From Azolla caroliniana (taxonomy: Eukaryota; Plantae; Polypodiophyta), in contig JBHGNT010000015.1 of assembly GCA_043228905.1 (NCBI GenBank), forward strand, positions 4,836,001 through 4,900,000: a stretch of DNA of 64,000 nucleotides, written 5' to 3'. A program made the position numbers and the translations under genes. Numbering within the stretch: position 1 is the stretch's first letter; each line of letters starts with the position of its first letter. Under the pieces are notes generated by a model. It was not told where the DNA came from. It saw nothing but the letters and a program-made list of their open reading frames with translations, and ran no database searches. Shown here in pieces: positions 12,801 to 23,951 of the stretch.

Positions 12801-13843
12801 AGGACCATTGTCTCTTCACCAACACAGCTCAAGATGGATCACCCATCTTCCTCATCATTTACGTGGACGACATGCTAATTTCTGGACGCCACGCGGGCGA
12901 ACTTGCCGATCTCGTTCGGCAACTGCGGTTGAAGTTTGCCATGAAGGACCTCGGTCCGGCACGACACATCCTTGGCATGAAGATTAGTCGGCATCGCAAT
13001 ACACGACATCTTTTTTTGTCTCAGACCGACTATATCGGACGTGTCTTGGAACGCTTCAACATGCAATCAGCCAAATCTGCTTCAACCCCACTCCCTATGA
13101 ATCTTCGGCTCTCTCAGCGAGACTGCCCGACATCCGGTTCGGAGGGGGAAGATATGAAGTCGGTACCGTATGCACCGGCAGTCGGCTCCCTTATGTACCT
13201 GATGGTCGCGACACGGCCTGACATCTCTCATGCCGTAGGAGTCGTTAGCAGATTTATGCACAATCCTGGCCGATCGCATTGGAACGCAGTCAAGCATGTG
13301 TTCAGATATCTGGCTGGCACAAAAGATCACGGCATTCTTTTCGGTCCGAACCGAACCTCAGGCGTAGTCGGTTACACCGACTCGGACTTCGCCGGCTGTA
13401 TAGACAGTCGGAAATCAACAACCGGATACTGCTTCAAATTCGGCAATGGAGCAATCTCGTGGAAGTCGAAACTTCAGGAGTGCACAGCGACCTCAATGAC
13501 CGAAGCAGAATATGTAGCTGCGTCCGACGCAGCAAAAGAAGCTTTGTGGCTCGGTCGGCTGGCGCACACGTTTCGACAAGTCGAACATGACTCGGCTCCA
13601 GTTGTCTACAGCGACAGTCAAGGTGCTGTTGCCTTGTCGAAAAATCCGGTTCACCACAACGCCTCCAAACATATCGACGTTCGATATCACTTCGTTCGGG
13701 ACTGCGTCATTTCAGGGAAAATCGGTCTAGAGAAAATATCCACAACCGACAATGTCGCAGATGGAATGACCAAGTGTCTTTCGGCAGACCGTTTTCGGTC
13801 TCTTCGGCATCAGATGGGCGTAACGACAAACCAGTCCGGTTAG
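9830..13843 (+). CDS. Copia gag-pol polyprotein (Gag, zinc knuckle, protease, integrase, RT, RNase H), 1337 aa
   Basis: Single ORF from ATG 9830. Motifs: CNYCKKPGHIKADC; WLLDSGAS; WHRRLGH...CEHC; HSDVCGP, RTDNGGEF, NGIAER; YKARLVAKG, QLDVKTAFL, IYVDDML; YTDSDFAG, EAEY, KHIDVRYHF. Confidence 0.97.
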   Translation: MASTSGSSEMSLRKFDGSNFNFWKEQMQDYLIVKGQIDPIENEEPPEGFKPIEWQKLDRIVRATIRMHLSESVYFTVQSCTTAFELWKTLSDTYEKKVAATKMFLIRRLYNLRMKESDSVQAHLNEYESISSQISSQGTAIEDELRAMILMSSLPSSWETFVTTVCNASTTAVKYSEVTSAILTEAARTKSFAKDSTDDAYVVQGSTDRSNIRGRDSSRPPNNQRRRSQSRDNRTCNYCKKPGHIKADCRALKNKNNKKSGRHEEVNYVSFSADVLPDDPNILSIENPVGSEVLLTTEESSTWLLDSGASFHVTPHRSQFRQYTIRHSDSVRVGNSQHCDIIGIGTVELNLASGSTLVLHNVRHVPELSRPLISVGQLDEDGIRAGFSSGGWTLHRGNLLLARGPKIHSLYPLHVTLREGNLFLVDIPVSSLWHRRLGHLSKAGITHLSRAGYIPKLSFSDHQFCEHCQYGKQVAASHPTSAPKETRPLDLVHSDVCGPMPHQSLGGASYFVSFIDDSTRKVWAYPIRTKDRVFSIFSDWLAMVENQTDRKLKCLRTDNGGEFKSDEFVKFCRQRGIRREFTAPHSPEQNGIAERMNRTIQERIVSMLQHSGLSDGFWAEALLTAVHIINMSPSRPLGLQIPQELWIGSKPNYDKLRIFGCEAYALIPKDDRRKLAPRSRKCIFLGYGSDGEMGYRLWDPERRQIVRSSDVVFNESAMNPSVEKPIEVRRVTFSDVPTLQEGPALNTRSASRVAEPYTTDSDNSDSAQPNVSVSDHPTSIPDATSPIIPRRSERLSQPPERYSPGIFFTDAGEPTSYEEASTSVDSATWNLAMESEMHSIRANKTWDLVELPRNRRALPCKWVYRLKETSDSTTPKYKARLVAKGFRQEYGVDFDEIFSPVVKMTTLRFLLGVVAADNLELIQLDVKTAFLHGDLEEEIYMEQPKGFVATGQEHLVCRLRKSLYGLKQAPRQWYKKFDDFIQSIGFSKSDEDHCLFTNTAQDGSPIFLIIYVDDMLISGRHAGELADLVRQLRLKFAMKDLGPARHILGMKISRHRNTRHLFLSQTDYIGRVLERFNMQSAKSASTPLPMNLRLSQRDCPTSGSEGEDMKSVPYAPAVGSLMYLMVATRPDISHAVGVVSRFMHNPGRSHWNAVKHVFRYLAGTKDHGILFGPNRTSGVVGYTDSDFAGCIDSRKSTTGYCFKFGNGAISWKSKLQECTATSMTEAEYVAASDAAKEALWLGRLAHTFRQVEHDSAPVVYSDSQGAVALSKNPVHHNASKHIDVRYHFVRDCVISGKIGLEKISTTDNVADGMTKCLSADRFRSLRHQMGVTTNQSG

Positions 13844-14036
13844 AGCCGGACACAGAGCAGGATGGTTCCCGACAACCGACATCAGTTCCTTAATGATCGG
13901 CTTCAACTGTTCCGACCCGACCAGTTCGGTCTTCTGCCTTCGGACCCTGCCGACTCGAACAAAGCTGATATGTCCGAGAACCTAAGTCTATACCTGTAAC
14001 CTTAGATAACCCATGTATACGCCCATTACGGGGGAG

Positions 14037-14204
14037 TGTCGAATACCTGTGTATAATGGACGTATTCACACCATCCCGTTTTGGCCATTTATGTAATTAG
14101 CATAAAGGGCAGTTGCCCTAAGTCGGTCACTATATATAGTGACCTTGTAACCTCTTTGTGAGGTTGGTTGTTGTATGGTTGCTCTATGAAATAAGAAACT
14201 CTTT

Positions 14205-14257
<53 letters not shown>

Positions 14258-14342
14258 AACGACCTACATTCTGTCATACACAGGGAATAAACAGGAATCG
14301 AGTGCTTCAAGATCTTCCGCACAGACGACATTGCTTCCAACA
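14037..14342 (+). repeat. Copia-1 3' LTR (306 bp)
   Basis: Preceded by PPT GGGGGAG (14030-14036) and followed by TSD CCTCA. Confidence 0.97.
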
Positions 14343-14419
14343 CCTCAAGACTCTAGGAAGACTGCGTCAACCAAGGGTGACGAGGCTCCTTGGCAGCCCG
14401 CCAAGAAGAAGGGGAAACC

Positions 14420-15231
14420 TGGAAGCCTAGATATGAAGTAACATCACATGGCACGCTGGTTGCGGGTAGGGCTTTATATGTGCTTCTGAAATGGAATCAC
14501 CTACAGATTGGGGTGCTAAACATTTATGCCCCTAACTCATCCCTCGAGAGAGCAATCTTTTGGAGGATGTTAGCGACCACATTACCTGATGCAGAGGCAT
14601 GGATAATGGCTGGTGATTTCAACATGACTGAACATCTGGGTGACAGGAAAGGGGGGACCCAAAGACCAATTCATGGTGCGGAGCTGGACTCATGGGCTCT
14701 CTTAATTGGCAAAATCGGGGTGAAAGATACATGGGGCTCTTCCCTTAGGAGATGCTCACATTCGCTACACTTCTCGAGAGCCGCCGTGAATGTTAGGGGT
14801 GGTAGCCTTGCACGGTTAGACCGCATATACATCAGCTTGTCCCTTGAGGAGTTGGGGGGCTCCTTCGCTATCTTGGCAGGCCTTACCTTCTCTGATCACC
14901 AACCGATGAGACTAGACCTTAACCCACCCAACGGCACCCACGGGAGTCTCAACATGAAAATCCTCACAAAGATCATGAAGAGTGAAGAGGTGAAGGGGGG
15001 TCTACAGAGTATATGGCAGGAGACCATTGTAAGAGAATCGTCTAGTGAGGATTTGCAGAAAAACTGGCCCTCTCCTCCCCCTTTTTACAGCAAGAGACCA
15101 CACGGGCCCTCCAATAGGTTAGAGCCATTGAAATAAAATTAAGGAAGTCCGTTGCGGCAACGCAACGCTTGCTACAAGCGGACCCTGGCTGCATTTGGTC
15201 TAGATCTAAGCTAGAGGAAGCCAAGATGAAG
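14420..15231 (+). pseudogene. LINE ORF2, N-terminally truncated APE endonuclease portion
   Basis: Motifs LNIYAPN, MAGDFN, ARLDRIY, FSDHQP. Frameshifted near 15050-15136; continues after Copia-2. Confidence 0.88.
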
Positions 15232-15605
15232 TGTTGAGAATCAAGCTCAACTTGGTCTAGTGTGTGAACTCACCTTGAGAGTGAAGAGACACTCCAACGG
15301 TCAAGAGTCACCATTATGTCACCACTTTGTATTCTAACATTTAGTATGAGTCATAGAATCATATTCTATGACACATAACTTATGAGCTTTCACATTCCCC
15401 ATGCTCCATGAGGCTTGTAGTTAATGAAGAGAGAGGGTGACTACATAAAGCACCCTCCTCCCACTTTGTAATATGTTGAGTCTTTCTCCTTTGTCAATAT
15501 ATCTTTACCTTGCGTATTCCTTGTCTCTCTCTCTCTCTCGCTCACACACACATACACAGTTCACACCTATTCCGCTTCACAAGAATCCATATCCAATTCT
15601 TTACA
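15232..15605 (+). repeat. Copia-2 5' LTR (374 bp)
   Basis: Matches 20327-20702 with 3 transitions plus microsatellite differences. Confidence 0.96.
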
Positions 15606-15764
15606 TGGTATCAGAGCGATTTGGTAGCTCGATCTAGCCCATTCGCCTCATCGTGATCATGTGTTGTGCTCCACGCCGACGACCAAGAACCGGCTCATCG
15701 CTATCGTAGCTTCGCTACATAGCTCGCATTCAAAGAGAGAAGAAGAAGAAGAAGAATCAACATA

Positions 15765-18700
15765 ATGAATGCTCAAATGGGGAGCGCTCTCCCTACCGAG
15801 AAGTTGGATCGAAACAACTTCGCATCTTGGGAGTACAAGATGCACCAATACATTGTTGGATAAGGCTATTGGAGCTACATCAAAGGAGCGCATAAAGACC
15901 GACCCGCCGAAGCGGCTCTCGGATACGCAACATGGGAGCAAGCCGCAAGCCGCGTGATGTATTTTTTGGCGACATGTGTTCACGACCACATTCTCGGTTA
16001 CATTCGAGAAGCCAAGACGCCGAAGGAAGCATGGGAAAACCTACGAAAGATTTTCGCCGCCAACACGACCGCGAGGAAGCTTCAACTCCGCCAAGAGTTG
16101 AACAACATTCAACAAAGGGATATGTCCATCACGACATACACCTTGAAGATCAAGGAGCTTTGCGACTTGCTCGGCTCAATAAGCGTAAGTATAGATGATG
16201 ATGAGATGGTGCAAATATGCCTCGGCGGCCTCGCACCACGGTTCGGCGCAATGCGAACCGCCGTTCTAGCACGGGAGAAATCTCCATCCTTCTTCGAGCT
16301 CCAATCAATGCTATTGGTCGAAGAAAATCACGTGTGTACAAGGAGCAATGAGTTGGAAGGCCACATGCTCTACACGCACTCTAATGGAGGAAGAGGACGT
16401 GGACGAGCGAGAGGCCGATTCGGCCAAGGACAAGGTAGACGAGGTCCGACCTACGACAACAACTCCCAATTTCGGCCGCAAAACGGAGGCCAACGAGGAA
16501 CCTTCGCAAGAAGGGGGAGCTTCCACTTCGGCCCGAGCCGTCAAAACGCAACCGAATGCGGATATTGCGGAAAGCTCGGCCACCACGAAGAAGAGTGCAG
16601 AAAGAAGATGCGTGAATCGGCTTCCACAAGCCGACAACTCACGAATTACGCACACAATTCCGACTACGAAGAGTATAGCGGAATGTACGGGAACAACTCC
16701 GACTACGAAGAACGTGGCGGAATGTATATACGCAACTCCGACCGTGGCGGATTGTTCTTGATGAAACATAGAGCAAAGTCTATGTCGGCCTCTACCTCAA
16801 CTAGTGCCCTCAATCCGGAGGATGTATGGTTTGTTGACTCTGGAGCCTCAAACCATATGACATCCCACAAAGAATGGTTTCTCGAACTTCGAGAGCTGGA
16901 GCGACCCGGTTATGTCGAAACCGGAGATGACACTACGCACCTGATTCGGCACATCGGCAACGTTCCGTTCGGCGAAAGAGGTAAGCAAACATACATTAAA
17001 AATGTCTTGCATGTACCCACCATCACAAAGAATTTGGTCTCGGTTGGCCAAATGGTTGAGCAAGGGATGCAAGTACAATTCAACCAAGAAGGGTGCTTCA
17101 TCGAAAAAGAAGGCCGAATCATCGCACGCGGAAGAAGAAAGGGCCGGATGTTCATTCTCGATTCGCACGAGATGAAATCCGCCATGTTCGCGAAAAGCAC
17201 AAAAGCCGACTCCGACATAGAGCTATGGCATAAGCGAATCGGCCACATCAATCTCAACAAACTCAAAGCAATGAAATCGAAAGGAGTCGTCATCGGACTC
17301 CTGACATTCAAAGAGAAGGAGATTGAAGGTGTATGCGAAGCGTGCCAATTCGGCAAGCAACACCGACACCCATTTCCGAAGGAGTGGAATGTGAGCAAAG
17401 GCGTACTCGACGTAATTCATTCCGATGTATGGGTTCCGGCTCAAACGGCGACATTCGGCGGACGCCGCTATTACGTGCTCTTCATCGACGACTTTTCTAG
17501 GCACACTTGGATCTACCCGATGCGGAAAAAGAGCGAAGTGTTCGGACACTTCCAAAATTTCAAGAATGAAGTTGAGAAAGCCACAGGCCGACATGTACGA
17601 TGCCTTCGATCGGATGGCGGCAAGGAGTACTTCTCGGATGATTTCACGACGTATCTCCGAAAGGAAGGAATTCGGCGAGAATTCACTTGCCGAGACATTC
17701 CGCAACAAAACGGAGTAGCCGAGCGCAAAAATCGGCACATCCTCGAAGTAGCGCGGGCCATGATGAACGAGAAGCATATGCCCAAGTCATATTGGGCCGA
17801 AGCGGCTAATACGGCCGTCTACCTAATGAACCAGTGCACAACATCCGGCGTGCACGAGGTCACTCCGCACGAAAGATTCTTCGGAAAGAAGCGGAACCTA
17901 TCACATGTTTGGATATTCGGCTCCATTGCGTACGTGCACATCCCCGACGAGAAGCGTCAAAAGCTTGACCCGAAGTTGGAGAAATGTATCCTCGTAGGAT
18001 ACTCACTGGAGCAAAAGGGGTACAAGTGCTACAACCCCTCAACTCGAAAATCTTGGGTAAGTCGAGACGTTGTCTTTGACGAGTCCGCATCCTGGTACGC
18101 ACAAAAGACAACTTCAACTCCGACCCCGCTCGACCCGGAATCCACCGAACAAGAGGTAGAGGATGAAGATCACCTTACGCGCATGTTCGAAGAAAGTCCG
18201 ATCACGACCCGACTGAGCGGACCACAAGAGCCTTTGAGCGATCAAAGCACATCACGGCCTAGCCCGAAGATGGACAAAGGCAAGGAAAAAATGGCGGAAT
18301 ATGAAGACGATCGCTTCGACGACGATGAATCGACTCACTCACTCGACAGTGAGTTCAGCGGTTTCGAGGTACCAATCGGAGCTAAGAAAGCCCTCATCTC
18401 TGCAAATGAAAAACTCCGCCGATCCAGCCGTGAAAAGAACCCCGTAAGCCGATTCGGCTACAACGATTATATGGCGTACCATTACGCCTTTATGATGAAG
18501 GTAGCGACTGTACGGGAGCCGGAAACCTTTTTGGAAGCCGCAAAGGACCCGCGATGGATCGAAGCAATGAACGAGGAGATGTAGACACTACGGAAGAACG
18601 AGACGTGGGATCTTGTTCCCACCTCACCACACAAAAAGGCGATCGGATGCAGATGGATCTACAAGGTGAAGTATAACGATGATGGCTCCGTAAACCGCTA

Positions 18701-20081
18701 CAAAGCTCGACTCGTAGTGAAAGGATACGCTCAGACGCATGACGTCGACTACGAAGAGACCTTTGCCCCGGTGGCAAAGATGACAACGGTGCGGACCGTA
18801 ATTGCGCTTGCCGCGGCGAAAGGGTGGCACCTCCATCAAATGGACGTCAAGAACGCCTTTTTACAAGGTGAATTAGAAGAGGTGTACATGATACAACCAC
18901 CCGGCTTCAACTCGAGCACCCATCCGAAAGCTGTATGCCGACTCAAGAAGCCACTCTACGGCCTCAAGCAAGCACCGCGTGCTTGGCATTCGAAGATAAT
19001 GCAATATCTTCATCAAATCGGCTTCCGTATGTCAAAATCGGACAACTCCCTCTACATACGAAGCGATTCCGCAAGTCCGATCGTCATCATTTTATATGTG
19101 GATGACCTAGTCATTGGAGATGAGCATCTCGTCGAAATCAATAAGGTCAAATCCCTCCTTTCCGACAAGTTCGAGATGACGGACATGAAGGAGCTCCACT
19201 ACTTCCTTGGCATCGAGGTAATTCGGACTCCGGCCGGAATCATGATCTCTCAACGACACTACATCCTCAACTTCTTATACAAGTTCGGGATGGCTGAGTG
19301 CAAATCCGTGTCAACCCCGCTTGATCGTAATCTCAAACTAGATGCGCACTCCGGCACCAAAGTGTGTGAGCCGACTCAGTATCGGCAACTCATCGGGAGT
19401 CTCATCTACCTCACGATCACACGACTCGATCTCAGTTATCCGGTCGGCCTCCTTAGCCAGTTCATGCAAACACCACGTGATACTCACTTGGATTGCGCTA
19501 AGCGAGTTCTACGATACGTGAGTGGCACAATGGATTGCGGCATCCTCTACAAGACCGCGATGCCAATACGACTCGAGGGGTACACAGACGCCGATTGGGC
19601 CGGCTACAAAGCCGATAGAAGATCAACCTCCGGATTTGTTTTTTCCCTTGGCAGCGGAGCAATATCCTGGAGTAGCAAGAAGCAGCCCACCGTCGCTCTT
19701 TCGAGTACGGAGGCGGAATACAGGGGCACAACCATAGCTGCGTGTGAAGCTGTATGGCTCAAGAGGATTTTGAAGGATCTGGGCGTACCCATCAAGGATC
19801 CGACTTCCCTTTACTGCGACAACATGAGCAATATCTATCTGGCTCGGAACCCGGTGTTCCACGCGAGGACAAAGCACATTGAAGTGCACTATCACTTCAT
19901 CTGAGAGCGCGTTCTGGCTGGCGATGTCGACCTACAACACATTAGCACCAATCTTCAAACGGCCGGCATCTTCACTAAAGCCTTAGGAGCCGACAAACTA
20001 TGGCAATTCATGACCGATCTCGGATCGACGATCCCTGACCTGCCAAGCTTGAGGGGGAGTACTGAAGACACTACGCAATAA
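15765..20081 (+). pseudogene. Copia-2 gag-pol with in-frame stops at 15861, 18582 and 19902
   Basis: One continuous frame from ATG 15765 (MNAQMGSALPTEKLDRNNFASWEYKM). Motifs CGYCGKLGHHEEEC, WFVDSGAS, WHKRIGH, RSDGGKEY, YVDDLV, YTDADWAG, KHIEVHYHF. Confidence 0.93.
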
Positions 20082-20326
20082 CGCGTAGATTCCGCAACCG
20101 CGCACTACGCAATAACGCGTGGATTCCGCAACCACGCAACAAAGCCGCGAAGAAAGACGCAAGCCGAAGCGCAGACTTTGCAACTACGCACAACGCAAGC
20201 TGGAGCACGGATTCCGCAACTCCGCATATATGCGAATCGACACGAGTTGACGCGGACTCTAGAACGCCAGTTGAAGCGGATTTCGGATACAGTCTGAAAC
20301 CAACCCGACTTGAGCTTGAGGGGGCG

Positions 20327-20618
20327 TGTTGAGAATCAAGCTCAACTTGGTCTAGTGTGTGAACTCACCTTGAGAGTGAAGAGACACTCCAACGGTCAAG
20401 AGTCACCATTATGTCACCACTTTGTATTCTAGCATTTAGTATGAGTCATAGAATCATATTCTATGACACATAACTTATGAGCTTTCACATTCCCCATGCT
20501 CCATGAGGCTTGTAGTTAATGAAGAGAGAGGGTGACTACATAAAGCACCCTCCTCCCACCTTGTAATATGTTGAGTCTTTCTCCTTTGTCAATATATCTT
20601 TACCTTGCGTATTCCTTG

Positions 20619-20656
<38 letters not shown>

Positions 20657-20702
20657 TTCACACCTATTCCGCTTCACAAGAATCCATATCCGATTCTTTA
20701 CA
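20327..20702 (+). repeat. Copia-2 3' LTR (376 bp)
   Basis: Direct repeat of 15232-15605, followed by TSD TGAAG. Confidence 0.96.
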
Positions 20703-20707
20703 TGAAG

Positions 20708-23700
20708 GTTCGGGAAAGGACGGAGGAGAGGAACCGAATGTTTATTTCAAAGGACTGCAGCATGGTGGGCTAGAATAGACGATAGGGTCAACCGACATTT
20801 CTTTCATTACAAGGCTCCCAAGGGTGGTGGTGGACGTATACAACAGTTGCGCAAACCAGACGGCTCAATTACGGAGGACAAGGATGAGATTTTGCATATG
20901 GCAACGCAATACTATCAAGACCTACTTGCACCTGTGCATATGAGGCAAAACGTAGAGCTGGTTGATAAGGTGATGACTTGCAGTCACCCCAAGGTATCCC
21001 AAGAGATGGAAATGGTGCTCGATAGCCCCATTTCTCGTATAGAACTCTCGGAGGAACTCAGGGATTTGAGGAGAGGAGCATGCCCCGACCCCGATGGTCT
21101 CTCACGAGATTTTTTCGAGATCCATTGGGACATTGTTATCCCGTCCTTGGAAGTCGGGGTTCAAGAGATTTGGTCCTTGGGAACGATACCAACCGGGCTG
21201 ACTGAGGGGATGATCTATCTCATTCCCAAAGCGGCAGAGCGAAGCCTGGAGATGCGCCAATGTCGTCCTATAACGATCCTTAACACGATTTACAAGATTC
21301 TGGCAAAAGTCCTCGCGCGACGGTTAGCAAGCTTCTTACCAGACATTATACATGAGAATCAAACAGGGTTTATTAGGAGTAGGTGTATCTTTGATAATGT
21401 GTTGCTTCTCTAGGAAGCCATGGCATTGGCTGATCAATTCGTCTCAAGCTCAACTATTCTGATGCTTGACTTTGAGAAGGCATACGATAGGGTCCTTTGG
21501 CCCTTCTTGGAAAACGTGATGAGAGCTATGGACCTACCCCAAAAATGGAGGAAATGCACTTCTGCCCTCTACCGGACTGCTACCAGTAGTGTGCTGATCG
21601 CGGGTGCTAGGGGCCCTTCCTTCAAACTACAACGCTCAGTGAGGCAAGGCTGTCCCCTAGCCCCATATCTTTATCTATTCGTAACCGAGGCGTTCTCTGC
21701 CTACTTACAAGCCCCAAGCAACGGATTGAGGGGATTGCCCATCCCTAATGCGAGTGAAGATCTTCTTCTATCCGAATATGTTGATGATACGGTCCTCTTC
21801 ATGCAAGGTGATGAGGAGAATTTGCAGCAGGTTGAACATCTAGTCGAGGACTTTTGTCAGGCTATTGGTGCCAAGGTCAATTGGGATAAAACCCAAGGCC
21901 TTTGGTTCAGCGAACAAGAGAAACCAAGGTGGCATCCCCATGCCGATTTTACATGGGTCCCTAACGGGACAATGTTCAAGTATCTAGGATTTACTATGGG
22001 GAGGGCAATTCCCAAGGGAGCGCAATTGTCCCTTGTGCAAGCCAAAATAAGCAAGAAGTTGAACCAATGGAGTAGATCTAAATTATCCTTCGCTGGTAGG
22101 GTCCTTATTGCGAACCAAGTGATGCTCGCCACCATGTGGCACTCGGTCTCATGTTGGATTATGAACCCGACAGGTTTGCATGCGATTAAGGCTGCCATCA
22201 GGGGATTTATATGGTCCGGTAAGGACAACCCAATGGCTACTGCCAGAGTGTCATGGCATTGGTTAACGCAGCCGCGAGCCAAAGGGGGGCTTGGCCTCAT
22301 AGACCCCTTAACATAGAGCCGTGCATTGCTGGCCAAATTGGTGGTTCATTGCCTTCTCCCAGGTAAGGGGTGTTGGAAGGTACTACTTCGCAATAGGTTG
22401 CAAGCAGGGACTCCCAAGTATGGTAGGCCTTGGCCTATCTCCTTGAATTGGTGTTGCACGAGTGGAGTCCCACCCAAGATGGCTTGTCAACAGGAGGAAA
22501 GGGTAACAAACTCCATCTTGCGGGCGTGGTGTCATGTGCGACAACATTTGGTCAAGCACACCCCAGAGACACTCATTGAATGGGCTAGACAACCTTTATT
22601 TTGGAATCCTCAGGTGCGAACAAGCGATGACATGATGTTAGGGCAGCCTAAGGGCCTGGCATGGGGAAAGTTGGCGCAGACAGGGCTTCACTCTATAGAC
22701 GATTGGAGACGCATGGTTTCTCCAAGGGGAGCCCAGGAGGACCCATTCCCTCCCCTCAAGGGAGCTATGAAGATGCGGAGCCTGATAGCTGAGGCAGTTG
22801 ATAGGGTTCCGTTGGGGAATGTGCGAGAAGATGCATGGTTCGGTCTCTTTGATGAGGCTGGAATGGTTAAGTTGGTGAAGGGTGTGAGTCGATTGGGAAG
22901 AGATACATTTTTTGGGGAGAGGCAAAGTAGGGGCACTTGGCTTCCGGTTCGAATGGTGGTGGAGGTTGATAACATTTGGAAGACAGGCCTAGATGTTACT
23001 AAGGTGGAACCCCATTGGAAGTTATGGGTATATGGTTCTCGTCCCCTCGTTGAACTAGAATGGGACCCATGGGATTTCAGGTGGAAACATGGTGACAAAC
23101 TCTGCCACTTCTTTGAATATAACACTAAATTGGGGTGGACTTTACAACTGCAGCTCGATGGTCCCATTCGTAATGGATGGCGAACATTGGGCATCCCTGA
23201 CGAGGTGCTCATTACCTTTTGGAAGGGTCTCTGGCGTCTCCACATGCTTGAAAAAATCAAGCTCTTTTGGTGGTAGATTGGTCACAATGTGATTCCTGTT
23301 GGGGAATGGCTTGGTAAAAGGGGCGGCCCAATAGGTTGCCCACTTTGCTCTTCACCCATTGAGTCTCTGAGACATTGTCTTTGGGATTGCCCTCAAGCTC
23401 AAAAGGTATGGGACAGAGTCACTCGCCTCCTTGCGGCATGTGAAGTGGTTGGAACAGCCTCGTGGAGTGCTGCGGCATGGATTGACCACTCGACTGATAG
23501 GTGGACGGACGCCTTTAATGCGGATACTTGGTGCTATGTATGCACGGGAGGCCAAATCGGCAAGATCCTCTTCGAGAGAGACTTGTTGTCCGCATCCCCT
23601 AGGTTCCTGGAAATTTGGAGGTTGATCGCGGGCTTCACCTTATGGTATGTCTGGAAAGCACGATGCTTAAAGGTTTTCCAAGATCGGGTACAACCCCCAG

Positions 23701-23951
23701 AGGAAGTGATCATGGATATTTGGTTCGCGCTTATCAGCTGCCTACGAGGGCAATTAGATGAGGTTTGCAACCACTCCAATGACATGGCCACTGCCCGGTT
23801 GCGCTTTTGGCAGAAATGGCGGAACACGCCTATGGTGACGCTAGGAGAAAGTGGACCGAGGTGGAACTACCAACCCCCACGATGGCTGTTTACTTCTTTC
23901 ACGCCTCCCTCCCTTCGATGTAGGCCCCGGGAGTCGGCTCATTCTGGCTGA
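20708..23951 (+). pseudogene. LINE ORF2 reverse transcriptase + C-terminal zf-RVT, with in-frame stops
   Basis: Motifs RPITILNTIYKILAK, QTGFI, LDFEKAYDRV, VRQGCPLAP, EYVDDT, KYLG, GGLGL, CPLC...ESLRHCLWDC. ORFs 20847-21413, 21420-22316, 22326-23276 and 23289-23951 are in one frame, broken by TAG. Confidence 0.93.

Larger units (their letters stand above)
8956..14342 (+). mobile_element. Full-length Ty1/Copia LTR retrotransposon (Copia-1, Tnt1/Tork-like), intact
   Basis: TG...CA LTRs at 8956-9253 and 14037-14342; 5-bp TSD CCTCA (8951-8955, 14343-14347); PBS TGGTATCAGAGC; PPT GGGGGAG; uninterrupted gag-pol. Confidence 0.97.
15232..20702 (+). mobile_element. Full-length Ty1/Copia LTR retrotransposon (Copia-2), pol disabled by 3 stops
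   Basis: LTRs 15232-15605 and 20327-20702 (TG...CA); TSD TGAAG (15227-15231, 20703-20707); PBS TGGTATCAGAGC at 15606-15617; PPT GAGGGGG before 20327. Confidence 0.97.

Noticed and set aside
9916-23827. Numerous antisense or alternate-frame ORFs over gag-pol and LINE ORF2
   Set aside because: Shadow ORFs expected in GC-rich coding DNA.
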